From Macrostomum lignano (Eukaryota): a DNA stretch of 64,000 nucleotides. The translations under genes and the position numbers were made by a program. Each line of letters begins with the position of its first letter. Within the stretch, counting starts at the first letter, position 1. Location: contig NIVC01001568.1 in assembly GCA_002269645.1 (NCBI GenBank), forward strand, positions 203,401 to 267,400, written 5' to 3'. The notes beneath the pieces are model-generated. The model was given only the letters and a program-made list of their open reading frames with translations, was not told the origin of the DNA and made no database searches. This document shows, in pieces, positions 51,420 through 64,000 of this stretch.

Positions 51420-54400
51420 AACATCATAGAAGCGTCATGTAAATATCATAGAAGCGTCATGTAAAAAATCATAGAAGCGTCATGTAAAAATCATAGAAGC
51501 GTCATGTAAAAAATCATAGAAGCGTCATGTAAAAATCATAGAAGCGTCATACAAAAATCATAGAAGCGTCATACAAAAATTATAGAAGCGTCATGTAAAA
51601 AATCATAGAAGCGTCATGTAAAAATCATAGAAGCGTCATACAAAACTCAGAGAAGCGTCATGTAAAAAATCATAAAAGCGTCATGTAAAAATCATAGAAG
51701 CGTCATGTAAATCATAGAAGCGTCATGTAAAAAATCATAGAAGCGTCATGTAAAAATCATAGAAGCGTCATGTAAAAATCATAGAAGCGTCATACAAAAA
51801 TCATAGAAGCGTCATGTAAAAATCATAGAAGCGTCATGTAAAAATCATAGAATCGTCATGTAAATCATAGAAGCGTCATGTAAATCATAGAAGCGTCATG
51901 TAAAAAATCATAGAAGCGTCATGTAAAAATCATAGAAGCGTCATGTAAAAATCATAGAAGCGTCATACAAAAATCATAGAAGCGTCATGTAAAAATCATA
52001 GAAGCGTCGTGTAAAAATCATAGAAGCGTCCTGTAAAAATCATAGAAGCGTCATGTAAAAATCAAAGAATCGTCATGTAAATCATAGAAGCGTCATGTAA
52101 AAAATCATAGAAGCGTCATAAAAATTATAGAAGCGTCATGTAAAAATCATAGAAGCGTCATACAAAAATCATAGAACCGTCATGTAAAAATCATAGAAGC
52201 GTCATACAAAAATCATAGAATCGTCATGTAAAAATCATAGAAGCGTCATGTAAAAATCATAGAAGCGTCATGTAAAAATCATAGAAGCGTCATGTAAAAA
52301 TCACAGAAGCGTCATGTCAAAAATCACAGAAGCGTCATGTAAAAAATCATAGAAGCGTCATAAAAATTATAGAAGCGTCATGTAAAAATCATAGAAGCGT
52401 CATACAAAAATCATAGAATCGTCATGTAAAAATCATAGAAGCGTCATGTAAAAATCATAGAAGCGTCGTGTAAAAATCATAGAAGCGTCATGTAAACGAT
52501 CATAAAAGCGTCATGTAAAAAATTATACAAGCGTCATGTAAATATCATAGAAGCGTCATGTAAAAAATCATAGAAGCGTCATAAAAAATTATAGAAGCGT
52601 CATGTAAACAATCATAGAAGCGTCATGTAAAAATCATAGAAGCGTCATGTAAACAGTCATAGAAGCGTCATGTAAAAAACCATAGAAGCGTCATGGAAAA
52701 AATCATAAAAGCGTCATGAAAAAATAATAGAAGCGTCATGTAAACAATCATAGAAGCGTCATGTAAAAATCATAGAAGCGTCATGTAAAAATCATAGAAG
52801 CGTCATGTAAAAAATCATAGAAGCGTCATGTAAATCATAGAAGCGTCATGTAAAAAATCATAGAAGCGTCATGTAAAAATCATAGAAGCGTCATGTAAAA
52901 ATCATAGAAGCGTCATGTACATCATAGAAGCGTCATGTAAAAAATCATAGAAGTGTCATGTAAAAATCATAGAAGCGTCATGTAAAAATCATAGAAGCGT
53001 CATACAAAAATTATAGAAGCGTCATGTAAAAAATCATAGAAGCGTCATGTAAAAATCATAGAAGCGTCATGTAAAAATCATAGAAGCGTCATACAAAAAT
53101 CACAGAATTGTCATGTAAAAATCATAGAAGCGTCCTGTAAAAATCACAGAAGCGTCATGTAAAAATCATAGAAGCGTCATGTAAAAATCATAGAAGCGTC
53201 GTGTAAAAATCATAGAAGTGTCCTGTAAAAATCACAGAAGCGTCATGTAAAAATCATAGAATCGTCATGTAAAAAATCATAGAAGCGTCATGTAAAAATC
53301 ATAGAAGCGTCATGTAAAAATCATAGAAGCGTCATGTAAAAATCATAGAAGCGTCATGTAAAAAATCATAGAGGCGTCATACAAAAATCATAGAAGCGTC
53401 ATGTAAATCATAGAAGCGTCATGTAAAAATCATAGAAGCGTCATGTAAAAATCATAGAAGCGTCATGTAAAAATCATAGAAGCGTCATACAAAAATCATA
53501 GAAGCGTCATGTAAAAATCATAGAAGCGTCATGTAAAAATCATAGAAGCGTCATGTAAAAATCATAGAAGCGTCATGTAAAAATCATAGAATCGTCATGT
53601 AAATCATAGAAGCGTCATGTAAAAAATCATAGAAGCGTCATAAAAATCATAGAAGCGTCATGTAAAAATCATAGAAGCGTCATAAAAAATCATAGAAGCG
53701 TCATGTAAAAATCATAGAAGCGTCATACAAAATCATAGAATCGTCATGTAAAAATCATAGAAGCGTCATGTAAAAGTCATAGAAGCGTCATGTAAAAAAC
53801 CATAGAAGCGTCATGGAAAAAATCATAAAAGCGTCATGAAAAAATAATAGAAGCGTCATGTAAAAATCATAGAAGCGTCATGTAAAAATCATAGAAGCGT
53901 CATGTAAAAATCATAGAAGCGTCATGTAAAAATCATAGAAGCGTCATGTAAAAAATCACAGAAGCGTCATGTAAATCATAGAAGCGTCATGTAAAAAATC
54001 ATAGAAGCGTCACAAAAATTATAGAAGCGTCATGTAAAAATCATAGAAGCGTCATACAAAAATCATAGAATCGTCATGTAAAAATCATAGAAGCGTCATG
54101 TAAAAATCATAGAAGCGTCATGTAAAAATCATAGAAGCGTCATGTAAAAATCATAGAAGCGTCATGTAAAATCATAGAAGCGTCATGTAAAAAATCATAG
54201 AAGCGTCATAAAAAATCATAGAAGCGTCATGTAAAAATCATAGAAGCGTCATGTAAACAATCATAGAAGCGTCATGTAAAAAACATAGAAGCGTCATGTA
54301 AAAAATCATAGAAGCGTCATGAAAAATCATAGAAGCGTCATGTAAAAATCATAGAAGCGTCATGTAAAAATCATAGAAGCGTCATGTAAAAATCATAGAA

Positions 54401-57400
54401 GCGTCATGTAAAAAATCATAGAAGCGTCATGTAAATCATAGAAGCGTCATGTAAAAATCATAGAAGCGTCATGTAAAAATCATAGAAGCGTCATACAAAA
54501 ATTATAGAAGCGATATGTACATCATAGAAGCGTCATGTAAAAAATCATAGAAGTGTCATGTAAAAATCATAGAAGCGTCATGTAAAAATCATAGAAGCGT
54601 CATACAAAAATCATAGAAGCGTCATGTAAAAAATCATAGAAGCGTCATGTAAAAATCATAGAAGCGTCATGTAAAAATCATAGAAGCGTCATGTACATCA
54701 TAGAAGCGTCATGTAAAAAATCATAGAAGTGTCATGTAAAAATCATAGAAGCGTCATGTAATCATAGAAGCGTCATGTAAAAAATCATAGAAGCGTCATG
54801 TAAAAATCATAGAAGCGTCATGTAAAAATCATAGAAGCGTCATGTAAAAATCATAGAAGCGTCATGTAAAAATCATAGAAGCGTCATGTAAAAAATCATA
54901 GAAGCGTCATGTAAAAATCATAGAAGCGTCATGTAAATCATAGAAGCGTCATGTAAAAAATCATAGAAGCGTCATGTAAAAATCATAGAAGCGTCATGTA
55001 AAAATCATAGAAGCGTCATAAAAATCATAGAAGCGTCATGTAAAAATCATAGAAGCGTCATGTAAAAATCATAGAAGCGTCATGTAAAAATCATAGAAGC
55101 GTCATGTAAAAATCATAGAAGCGTCATGTAAAAATCATAGAAGCGTCATGTAAAAATCATAGAAGCGTCATGTAAAAATCATAGAAGCGTCATGTAAAAA
55201 TCATAGAAGCGTCATGTAAAAATCATAGAAGCGTCATGTAAAAATCATAGAAGCGTCATGTAAAAATCATAGAAGCGTCATGTAAAAATCATAGAAGCGT
55301 CATGTAAAAAATCATAGAAGCGTCATGTAAATCATAGAAGCGTCATGTAAAAATCATAGAAGCGTCATGTAAAAATCATAGAAGCGTCATGTAAAAATCA
55401 TAGAAGCGTCATGTAAAAATCATAGAAGCGTCATGTAAAAATCATAGAAGCGTCATGTAAAAATCATAGAAGCGTCATGTAAAAATCATAGAAGCGTCAT
55501 GTAAAAATCATAGAAGCGTCATGTAAAAATCATAGAAGCGTCATGTAAAAATCATAGAAGCGTCATGTAAAAATCATAGAAGCGTCATGTAAAAATCATA
55601 GAAGCGTCATAAAAATCATAGAAGCGTCATGTAAAAATCATAGAAGCGTCATAAAAATCATAGAAGCGTCATGTAAAAATCATAGAAGCGTCATGTAAAA
55701 ATCATAGAAGCGTCATGTAAAAATCATAGAAGCGTCATGTAAAAATCATAGAAGCGTCATGTAAAAATCATAGAAGCGTCATGTAAAAATCATAGAAGCG
55801 TCATGTAAAAATCATAGAAGCGTCATGTAAAAATCATAGAAGCGTCATACAAAAATCATAGAAGCGTCATGTAAAAATCATAGAAGCGTCATGTAAAAAT
55901 CATAGAAGCGTCATGTAAAAATCATAGAAGCGTCATGTAAAAATCATAGAAGCGTCATGTAAAATCATAGAAGCGTCATGTAAAAAATCATAGAAGCGTC
56001 ATAAAAAATCATAGAAGCGTCATGTAAAAATCATAGAAGCGTCATGTAAACAATCATAGAAGCGTCATGTAAAAATCATAGAAGCGTCATGTAAAAATCA
56101 TAGAAGCGTCATGTAAAAATCATAGAAGCGTCATGAAAAAATCATAGAAGCGTCATGTAAAAATCATAGAAGCGTCATGTAAAAATCATAGAAGCGTCAT
56201 GTAAAAATCATAGAAGCGTCATGTCAAAAATCATAGAAGCGTCATGTAAATCATAGAAGCGTCATGTAAAAATCATAGAAGCGTCATGTAAAAATCATAG
56301 AAGCGTCATGTAAAAATCATAGAAGCGTCATGTAAAAATCATAGAAGCGTCATGTAAAAAATCATAGAAGCGTCATGTAAAAATCATAGAAGCGTCATGT
56401 AAAAATCATAGAAGCGTCATGTAAAAATCATAGAAGCGTCATGTAAAAAATCATAGAAGCGTCATGTAAAAATCATAGAAGCGTCATGTAAAAATCATAG
56501 AAGCGTCATGTAAAAATCATAGAAGCGTCATGTAAAAATCATAGAAGCGTCATGTAAAAATCATAGAAGCGTCATGTAAAAATCATAGAAGCGTCATGTA
56601 AAAATCATAGAAGCGTCATGTAAAAATCATAGAAGCGTCATGTAAAAATCATAGAAGCGTCATGTAAAAATCATAGAAGCGTCATGTAAAAAATCATAGA
56701 AGCGTCATGTAAAAATCATAGAAGCGTCATGTAAAAATCATAGAAGCGTCATGTAAAAATCATAGAAGCGTCATGTAAAAATCATAGAAGCGTCATGTAA
56801 AAATCATAGAAGCGTCATGTAAAAATCATAGAAGCGTCATGTAAAAATCATAGAAGCGTCATGTAAAAATCATAGAAGCGTCATGTAAAAATCATAGAAG
56901 CGTCATGTAAAAATCATAGAAGCGTCATGTAAAAATCATAGAAGCGTCATAAAAATCATAGAAGCGTCATGTAAAAATCATAGAAGCGTCATAAAAATCA
57001 TAGAAGCGTCATGTAAAAATCATAGAAGCGTCATGTAAAAATCATAGAAGCGTCATGTAAAAATCATAGAAGCGTCATGTAAAAATCATAGAAGCGTCAT
57101 GTAAAAATCATAGAAGCGTCATGTAAAAATCATAGAAGCGTCATGTAAAAATCATAGAAGCGTCATGTAAAAATCATAGAAGCGTCATGTAAAAATCATA
57201 GAAGCGTCATGTAAAAATCATAGAAGCGTCATGTAAAAATCATAGAAGCGTCATGTAAAAAATCATAGAAGCGTCATGTAAAAATCATAGAAGCGTCATG
57301 TAAAAATCATAGAAGCGTCATGTAAAAATCATAGAAGCGTCATGTAAAAATCATAGAAGCGTCATGTAAAAATCATAGAAGCGTCATGTAAAAATCATAG

Positions 57401-60400
57401 AAGCGTCATGTAAAAATCATAGAAGCGTCATGTAAAAATCATAGAAGCGTCATGAAAAAATCATAGAAGCGTCATGTAAAAATCATAGAAGCGTCATGTA
57501 AAAATCATAGAAGCGTCATGTAAAAATCATAGAAGCGTCATGTAAAAAATCATAGAAGCGTCATGTAAAAATCATAGAAGCGTCATGTAAAAATCATAGA
57601 AGCGTCATGTAAAAATCATAGAAGCGTCATGTAAAAATCATAGAAGCGTCATGTAAAAATCATAGAAGCGTCATGTAAAAATCATAGAAGCGTCATGTAA
57701 AAATCATAGAAGCGTCATGTAAAAATCATAGAAGCGTCATGTAAAAATCATAGAAGCGTCATGTAAAAAATCATAGAAGCGTCATGTAAAAATCATAGAA
57801 GCGTCATGTAAAAATCATAGAAGCGTCATGTAAAAATCATAGAAGCGTCATGTAAAAATCATAGAAGCGTCATGTAAAAATCATAGAAGCGTCATGTAAA
57901 AATCATAGAAGCGTCATGTAAAAATCATAGAAGCGTCATGTAAAAATCATAGAAGCGTCATGTAAAAATCATAGAAGCGTCATGTAAAAATCATAGAAGC
58001 GTCATGTAAAAATCATAGAAGCGTCATGTAAAAATCATAGAAGCGTCATGTAAAAATCATAGAAGCGTCATGTAAAAATCATAGAAGCGTCATGTAAAAA
58101 TCATAGAAGCGTCATGTAAAAATCATAGAAGCGTCATGTAAAAATCATAGAAGCGTCATGTAAAAAATCATAGAAGCGTCATGTAAAAATCATAGAAGCG
58201 TCATGTAAAAATCATAGAAGCGTCATGTAAAAATCATAGAAGCGTCATGTAAAAATCATAGAAGCGTCATGTAAAAATCATAGAAGCGTCATGTAAAAAT
58301 CATAGAAGCGTCATGTAAAAATCATAGAAGCGTCATGTAAAAATCATAGAAGCGTCATGTAAAAAATCATAGAAGCGTCATGTAAAAATCATAGAAGCGT
58401 CATGTAAAAATCATAGAAGCGTCATGTAAAAATCATAGAAGCGTCATGTAAAAAATCATAGAAGCGTCATGTAAAAATCATAGAAGCGTCATGTAAAAAT
58501 CATAGAAGCGTCATGTAAAAATCATAGAAGCGTCATGTAAAAAATCATAGAAGCGTCATGTAAAAATCATAGAAGCGTCATGTAAAAATCATAGAAGCGT
58601 CATGTAAAAATCATAGAAGCGTCATGTAAAAATCATAGAAGCGTCATGTAAAAATCATAGAAGCGTCATGTAAAAATCATAGAAGCGTCATGTAAAAATC
58701 ATAGAAGCGTCATGTAAAAATCATAGAAGCGTCATGTAAAAATCATAGAAGCGTCATGTAAAAATCATAGAAGCGTCATGTAAAAATCATAGAAGCGTCA
58801 TGTAAAAATCATAGAAGCGTCATGTAAAAATCATAGAAGCGTCATGTAAAAATCATAGAAGCGTCATGTAAAAATCATAGAAGCGTCATGTAAAAATCAT
58901 AGAAGCGTCATGTAAAAATCATAGAAGCGTCATGTAAAAATCATAGAAGCGTCATGTAAAAATCATAGAAGCGTCATGTAAAAATCATAGAAGCGTCATA
59001 AAAATCATAGAAGCGTCATGTAAAAATCATAGAAGCGTCATGTAAAAATCATAGAAGCGTCATGTAAAAATCATAGAAGCGTCATGTAAAAATCATAGAA
59101 GCGTCATGTAAAAATCATAGAAGCGTCATGTAAAAAATCATAGAAGCGTCATAAAAATCATAGAAGCGTCATGTAAAAATCATAGAAGCGTCATAAAAAA
59201 TCATAGAAGCGTCATGTAAAAATCATAGAAGCGTCATGTAAAAAATCATAGAAGCGTCATGTAAAAATCATAGAAGCGTCATGTAAAAATCATAGAAGCG
59301 TCATGTAAAAATCATAGAAGCGTCATGTAAAAATCATAGAAGCGTCATGTAAAATAGAAGCGTCATGTAAAAATCATAGAAGCGTCACAAAAATCATAGA
59401 AGCGTCATGTAAAAATCATAGAAGCGTCATAAAAATCATAGAAGCGTCATGTAAAAATCATAGAAGCGTCATGTAAAAATCATAGAAGCGTCATGTAAAA
59501 ATCATAGAAGCGTCATGTAAAAAATCATAGAAGCGTCATGTAAAAAATCATAGAAGCGTCATGTAAAAATCATAGAAGCGTCATGTAAAAATCATAGAAG
59601 CGTCATGTAAAAATCATAGAAGCGTCATGTAAAAATCATAGAAGCGTCATGTAAAAATCATAGAAGCGTCATGTAAAAATCATAGAAGCGTCATGTAAAA
59701 ATCATAGAAGCGTCATGTAAAAATCATAGAAGCGTCATGTAAAAATCATAGAAGCGTCATGTAAAAATCATAGAAGCGTCATGTAAAAATCATAGAAGCG
59801 TCATGTAAAAATCATAGAAGCGTCATGTAAAAATCATAGAAGCGTCATGTAAAAAATCATAGAAGCGTCATGTAAAAATCATAGAAGCGTCATGTAAAAA
59901 TCATAGAAGCGTCATGTAAAAAATCATAGAAGCGTCATGTAAAAATCATAGAAGCGTCATGTAAAAATCATAGAAGCGTCATGTAAAAATCATAGAAGCG
60001 TCATGTAAAAATCATAGAAGCGTCATGTAAAAATCATAGAAGCGTCATGTAAAAATCATAGAAGCGTCATGTAAAAATCATAGAAGCGTCATGTAAAAAT
60101 CATAGAAGCGTCATGTAAAAATCATAGAAGCGTCATGTAAAAATCATAGAAGCGTCATGTAAAAATCATAGAAGCGTCATAAAAATCATAGAAGCGTCAT
60201 GTAAAAATCATAGAAGCGTCATGTAAAAATCATAGAAGCGTCATGTAAAAATCATAGAAGCGTCATGTAAAAATCATAGAAGCGTCATGTAAAAATCATA
60301 GAAGCGTCATGTAAAAATCATAGAAGCGTCATGTAAAAATCATAGAAGCGTCATGTAAAAATCATAGAAGCGTCATGTAAAAATCATAGAAGCGTCATGT

Positions 60401-63400
60401 AAAAATCATAGAAGCGTCATGTAAAAATCATAGAAGCGTCATGTAAAAATCATAGAAGCGTCATGTAAAAATCATAGAAGCGTCATGTAAAAATCATAGA
60501 AGCGTCATGTAAAAATCATAGAAGCGTCATGTAAAAATCATAGAAGCGTCATGTAAAAATCATAGAAGCGTCATGTAAAAATCATAGAAGCGTCATGTAA
60601 AAATCATAGAAGCGTCATGTAAAAATCATAGAAGCGTCATGTAAAAATCATAGAAGCGTCATGTAAAAATCATAGAAGCGTCATGTAAAAATCATAGAAG
60701 CGTCATGTAAAAATCATAGAAGCGTCATGTAAAAATCATAGAAGCGTCATGTAAAAATCATAGAAGCGTCATGTAAAAATCATAGAAGCGTCATGTAAAA
60801 ATCATAGAAGCGTCATGTAAAAAATAGAAGCGTCATGTAAAAATCATAGAAGCGTCATGTAAAAAATCATAGAAGCGTCATGTAAAAATCATCATAGAAG
60901 CGTCATGTAAAAATCATAGAAGCGTCATGTAAAAATCATAGAAGCGTCATGTAAAAATCATAGAAGCGTCATGTAAAAATCATAGAAGCGTCATGTAAAA
61001 AATCATAGAAGCGTCATGTAAAAATCATAGAAGCGTCATGTAAAAATCATAGAAGCGTCATGTAAAAATCATAGAAGCGTCATGTAAAAATCATAGAAGC
61101 GTCATGTAAAAATCATAGAAGCGTCATGTAAAAATCATAGAAGCGTCATGTAAAAATCATAGAAGCGTCATGTAAAAATCATAGAAGCGTCATGTAAAAA
61201 TCATAGAAGCGTCATGTAAAAATCATAGAAGCGTCATGTAAAAATCATAGAAGCGTCATGTAAAAATCATAGAAGCGTCATGTAAAAATCATAGAAGCGT
61301 CATGTAAAAATCATAGAAGCGTCATAAAAAATCATAGAAGCGTCATGTAAAAATCATAGAAGCGTCATGTAAAAATCATAGAAGCGTCATGTAAAAATCA
61401 TAGAAGCGTCATGTAAAAATCATAGAAGCGTCATGTAAAAATCATAGAAGCGTCATGTAAAAATCATAGAAGCGTCATGTAAAAATCATAGAAGCGTCAT
61501 GTAAAAATCATAGAAGCGTCATGTAAAAATCATAGAAGCGTCATGTAAAAATCATAGAAGCGTCATGTAAAAATCATAGAAGCGTCATGTAAAAATCATA
61601 GAAGCGTCATGTAAAAATCATAGAAGCGTCATGTAAAAATCATAGAAGCGTCATGTAAAAATCATAGAAGCGTCATGTAAAAATCATAGAAGCGTCATGT
61701 AAAAATCATAGAAGCGTCATGTAAAAATCATAGAAGCGTCATGTAAAAATCATAGAAGCGTCATGTAAAAATCATAGAAGCGTCATGTAAAAATCATAGA
61801 AGCGTCATGTAAAAATCATAGAAGCGTCATGTAAAAATCATAGAAGCGTCATGTAAAAATCATAGAAGCGTCATGTAAAAATCATAGAAGCGTCATGTAA
61901 AAATCATAGAAGCGTCATGTAAAAATCATAGAAGCGTCATGTAAAAATCATAGAAGCGTCATGTAAAAATCATAGAAGCGTCATGTAAAAATCATAGAAG
62001 CGTCATGTAAAAATCATAGAAGCGTCATGTAAAAAATCATAGAAGCGTCATGTAAAAATCATAGAAGCGTCATGTAAAAATCATAGAAGCGTCATGTAAA
62101 AATCATAGAAGCGTCATGTAAAAATCATAGAAGCGTCATGTAAAAATCATAGAAGCGTCATGTAAAAATCATAGAAGCGTCATGTAAAAATCATAGAAGC
62201 GTCATGTAAAAATCATAGAAGCGTCATGTAAAAATCATAGAAGCGTCATGTAAAAATCATAGAAGCGTCATGTAAAAATCATAGAAGCGTCATGTAAAAA
62301 TCATAGAAGCGTCATGTAAAAATCATAGAAGCGTCATGTAAAAATCATAGAAGCGTCATGTAAAAATCATAGAAGCGTCATGTAAAAAATAGAAGCGTCA
62401 TGTAAAAATCATAGAAGCGTCATAAAAATCATAGAAGCGTCATGTAAAAATCATAGAAGCGTCATAAAAAATCATAGAAGCGTCATGTAAAAATCATAGA
62501 AGCGTCATGTAAAAATCATAGAAGCGTCATGTAAAAATCATAGAAGCGTCATGTAAAAATCATAGAAGCGTCATGTAAAAATCATAGAAGCGTCATGTAA
62601 AAATCATAGAAGCGTCATGTAAAAATCATAGAAGCGTCATGTAAAAATCATAGAAGCGTCATACAAAAATCATAGAAGCGTCATGTAAAAATCATAGAAG
62701 CGTCATGTAAAAATCATAGAAGCGTCATGTAAAAATCATAGAAGCGTCATGTAAAAATCATAGAAGCGTCATGTAAAAATCATAGAAGCGTCATGTAAAA
62801 AATCATAGAAGCGTCATGTAAAATATAGAAGCGTCATGTAAAAATCATAGAAGCGTCATGTAAAAATCATAGAAGCGTCATGTAAAAATCATAGAAGCGT
62901 CATGTAAAAATCATAGAAGCGTCATGTAAAAATCATAGAAGCGTCATGTAAAAATCATAGAAGCGTCATGTAAAAAATCATAGAAGCGTCATGTAAAAAT
63001 CATAGAAGCGTCATGTAAAAATCATAGAAGCGTCATGTAAAAAATCATAGAAGCGTCATGTAAATCATAGAAGCGTCATGTAAATCATAGAAGCGTCATG
63101 TAAAAAATCATAGAAGCGTCATACAAAAATATGAAGCGATATGTAAAAATCATAGAAGCGTCATGTAAAAATCATAGAAGTGCATGTAAAAATCATAGAA
63201 GCGTCATGTAAAATCATAGAAGCGTCAGTAAAAAAAATCATAGAAGCGTCATGTAAAAATCATCAGAAGCGTCATGTAAAATCATAGAAGCGTCATGTAA
63301 AAATCATAGAAGCGTCATGTAATCATAGAAGCGTCATGTAAAAATCATAGAAGTGTCATGTAAAAATCATAGAAGCGTCATGTAAAAATCATAGAAGCGT

Positions 63401-64000
63401 CATGTAAAAATCATAGAAGCGTCATGTAAATCATAGAAGCGTCATGTAAATCATAGAAGCGTCATGTAAAACATAGAAGCGTCATGTAAAACATAGAACG
63501 TCATGTAAAAATCATAGAAGCTCATGTAAAATCATAGAAGCGTCATGTAAAAATCATAGAATGTCATGTAAAAATCATAGAAGCGTCATAAAAAATCATA
63601 GAAGCGTCATGTAAAAATCATAGAAGCGTCATGTAAAAATCATAGAAGCGTCATGTAAAAATCATAGAAGCGTCATGTAAATCATAGAAGCGTCATGTAA
63701 AAATCATAGAAGTGTCATGTAAAAATCATAGAAGCGTCATGTAAAAATCATAGAATCGTCATGTAAAAATCATAGAAGCGTCATGTAAAAATCATAGAAG
63801 CGTCATGTAAAAATCATAGAAGCGTCATGTAAAAATCATAGAAGCGTCATGTAAAAATCATAGAAGCGTCATGTAAAAAATCATAGAATCGTCATGTAAA
63901 AATCATAGAAGCGTCATGTAAAAATCATAGAAGCGTCATGTAAAAATCATAGAAGCGTCATGTAAAAATCATAGAAGCGTCATGTAAAATCATAGAACGT
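51420..64000. repeat. Satellite DNA, 22-bp unit AAAAATCATAGAAGCGTCATGT, >12.5 kb, continues past the window end
   Basis: Roughly 570 units by length; no ORFs in the supplied track. Confidence 0.99.

Noticed and set aside
51420-64000. CRISPR array or canonical telomere repeat
   Set aside because: There are no unique spacers and no cas genes, the context is eukaryotic, and the unit is not TTAGGG-like.

Overview
Eukaryotic (metazoan) genomic DNA. GC-rich exons, AT-rich spacers, spliceosomal introns and minisatellite-filled introns suggest a free-living flatworm such as Macrostomum (inference, not verified). No CRISPR array or prokaryotic features are present. Gene models were built by hand from GT-AG boundaries with frame checks: a secreted PAN/Apple + C-type lectin (+); a neuropeptide precursor releasing 24 FDPL(Y/S)GM-type peptides (+); a 4-exon M28 glutamate carboxypeptidase II-like ectopeptidase with an altered substrate pocket (-); a peripherin-like tetraspanin with a -1 frame break (+); a mucin/CUB-like single-pass membrane protein with a -1 frame break (+); a ~12-kb K+-dependent Na/Ca exchanger (NCKX) gene whose introns carry many different minisatellites and probable microexons (-); and a 1765-aa DEAH-box helicase fused to an RBR E3 ligase (-). 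Mobile elements: one mariner with an intact ORF but a clipped right TIR, one deleted mariner containing a solo-LTR-like insert, a hAT MITE, another MITE and tRNA-derived SINEs. The last 12.6 kb is a 22-bp satellite that runs off the window edge. All assignments come from motif reading; no database searches were run.
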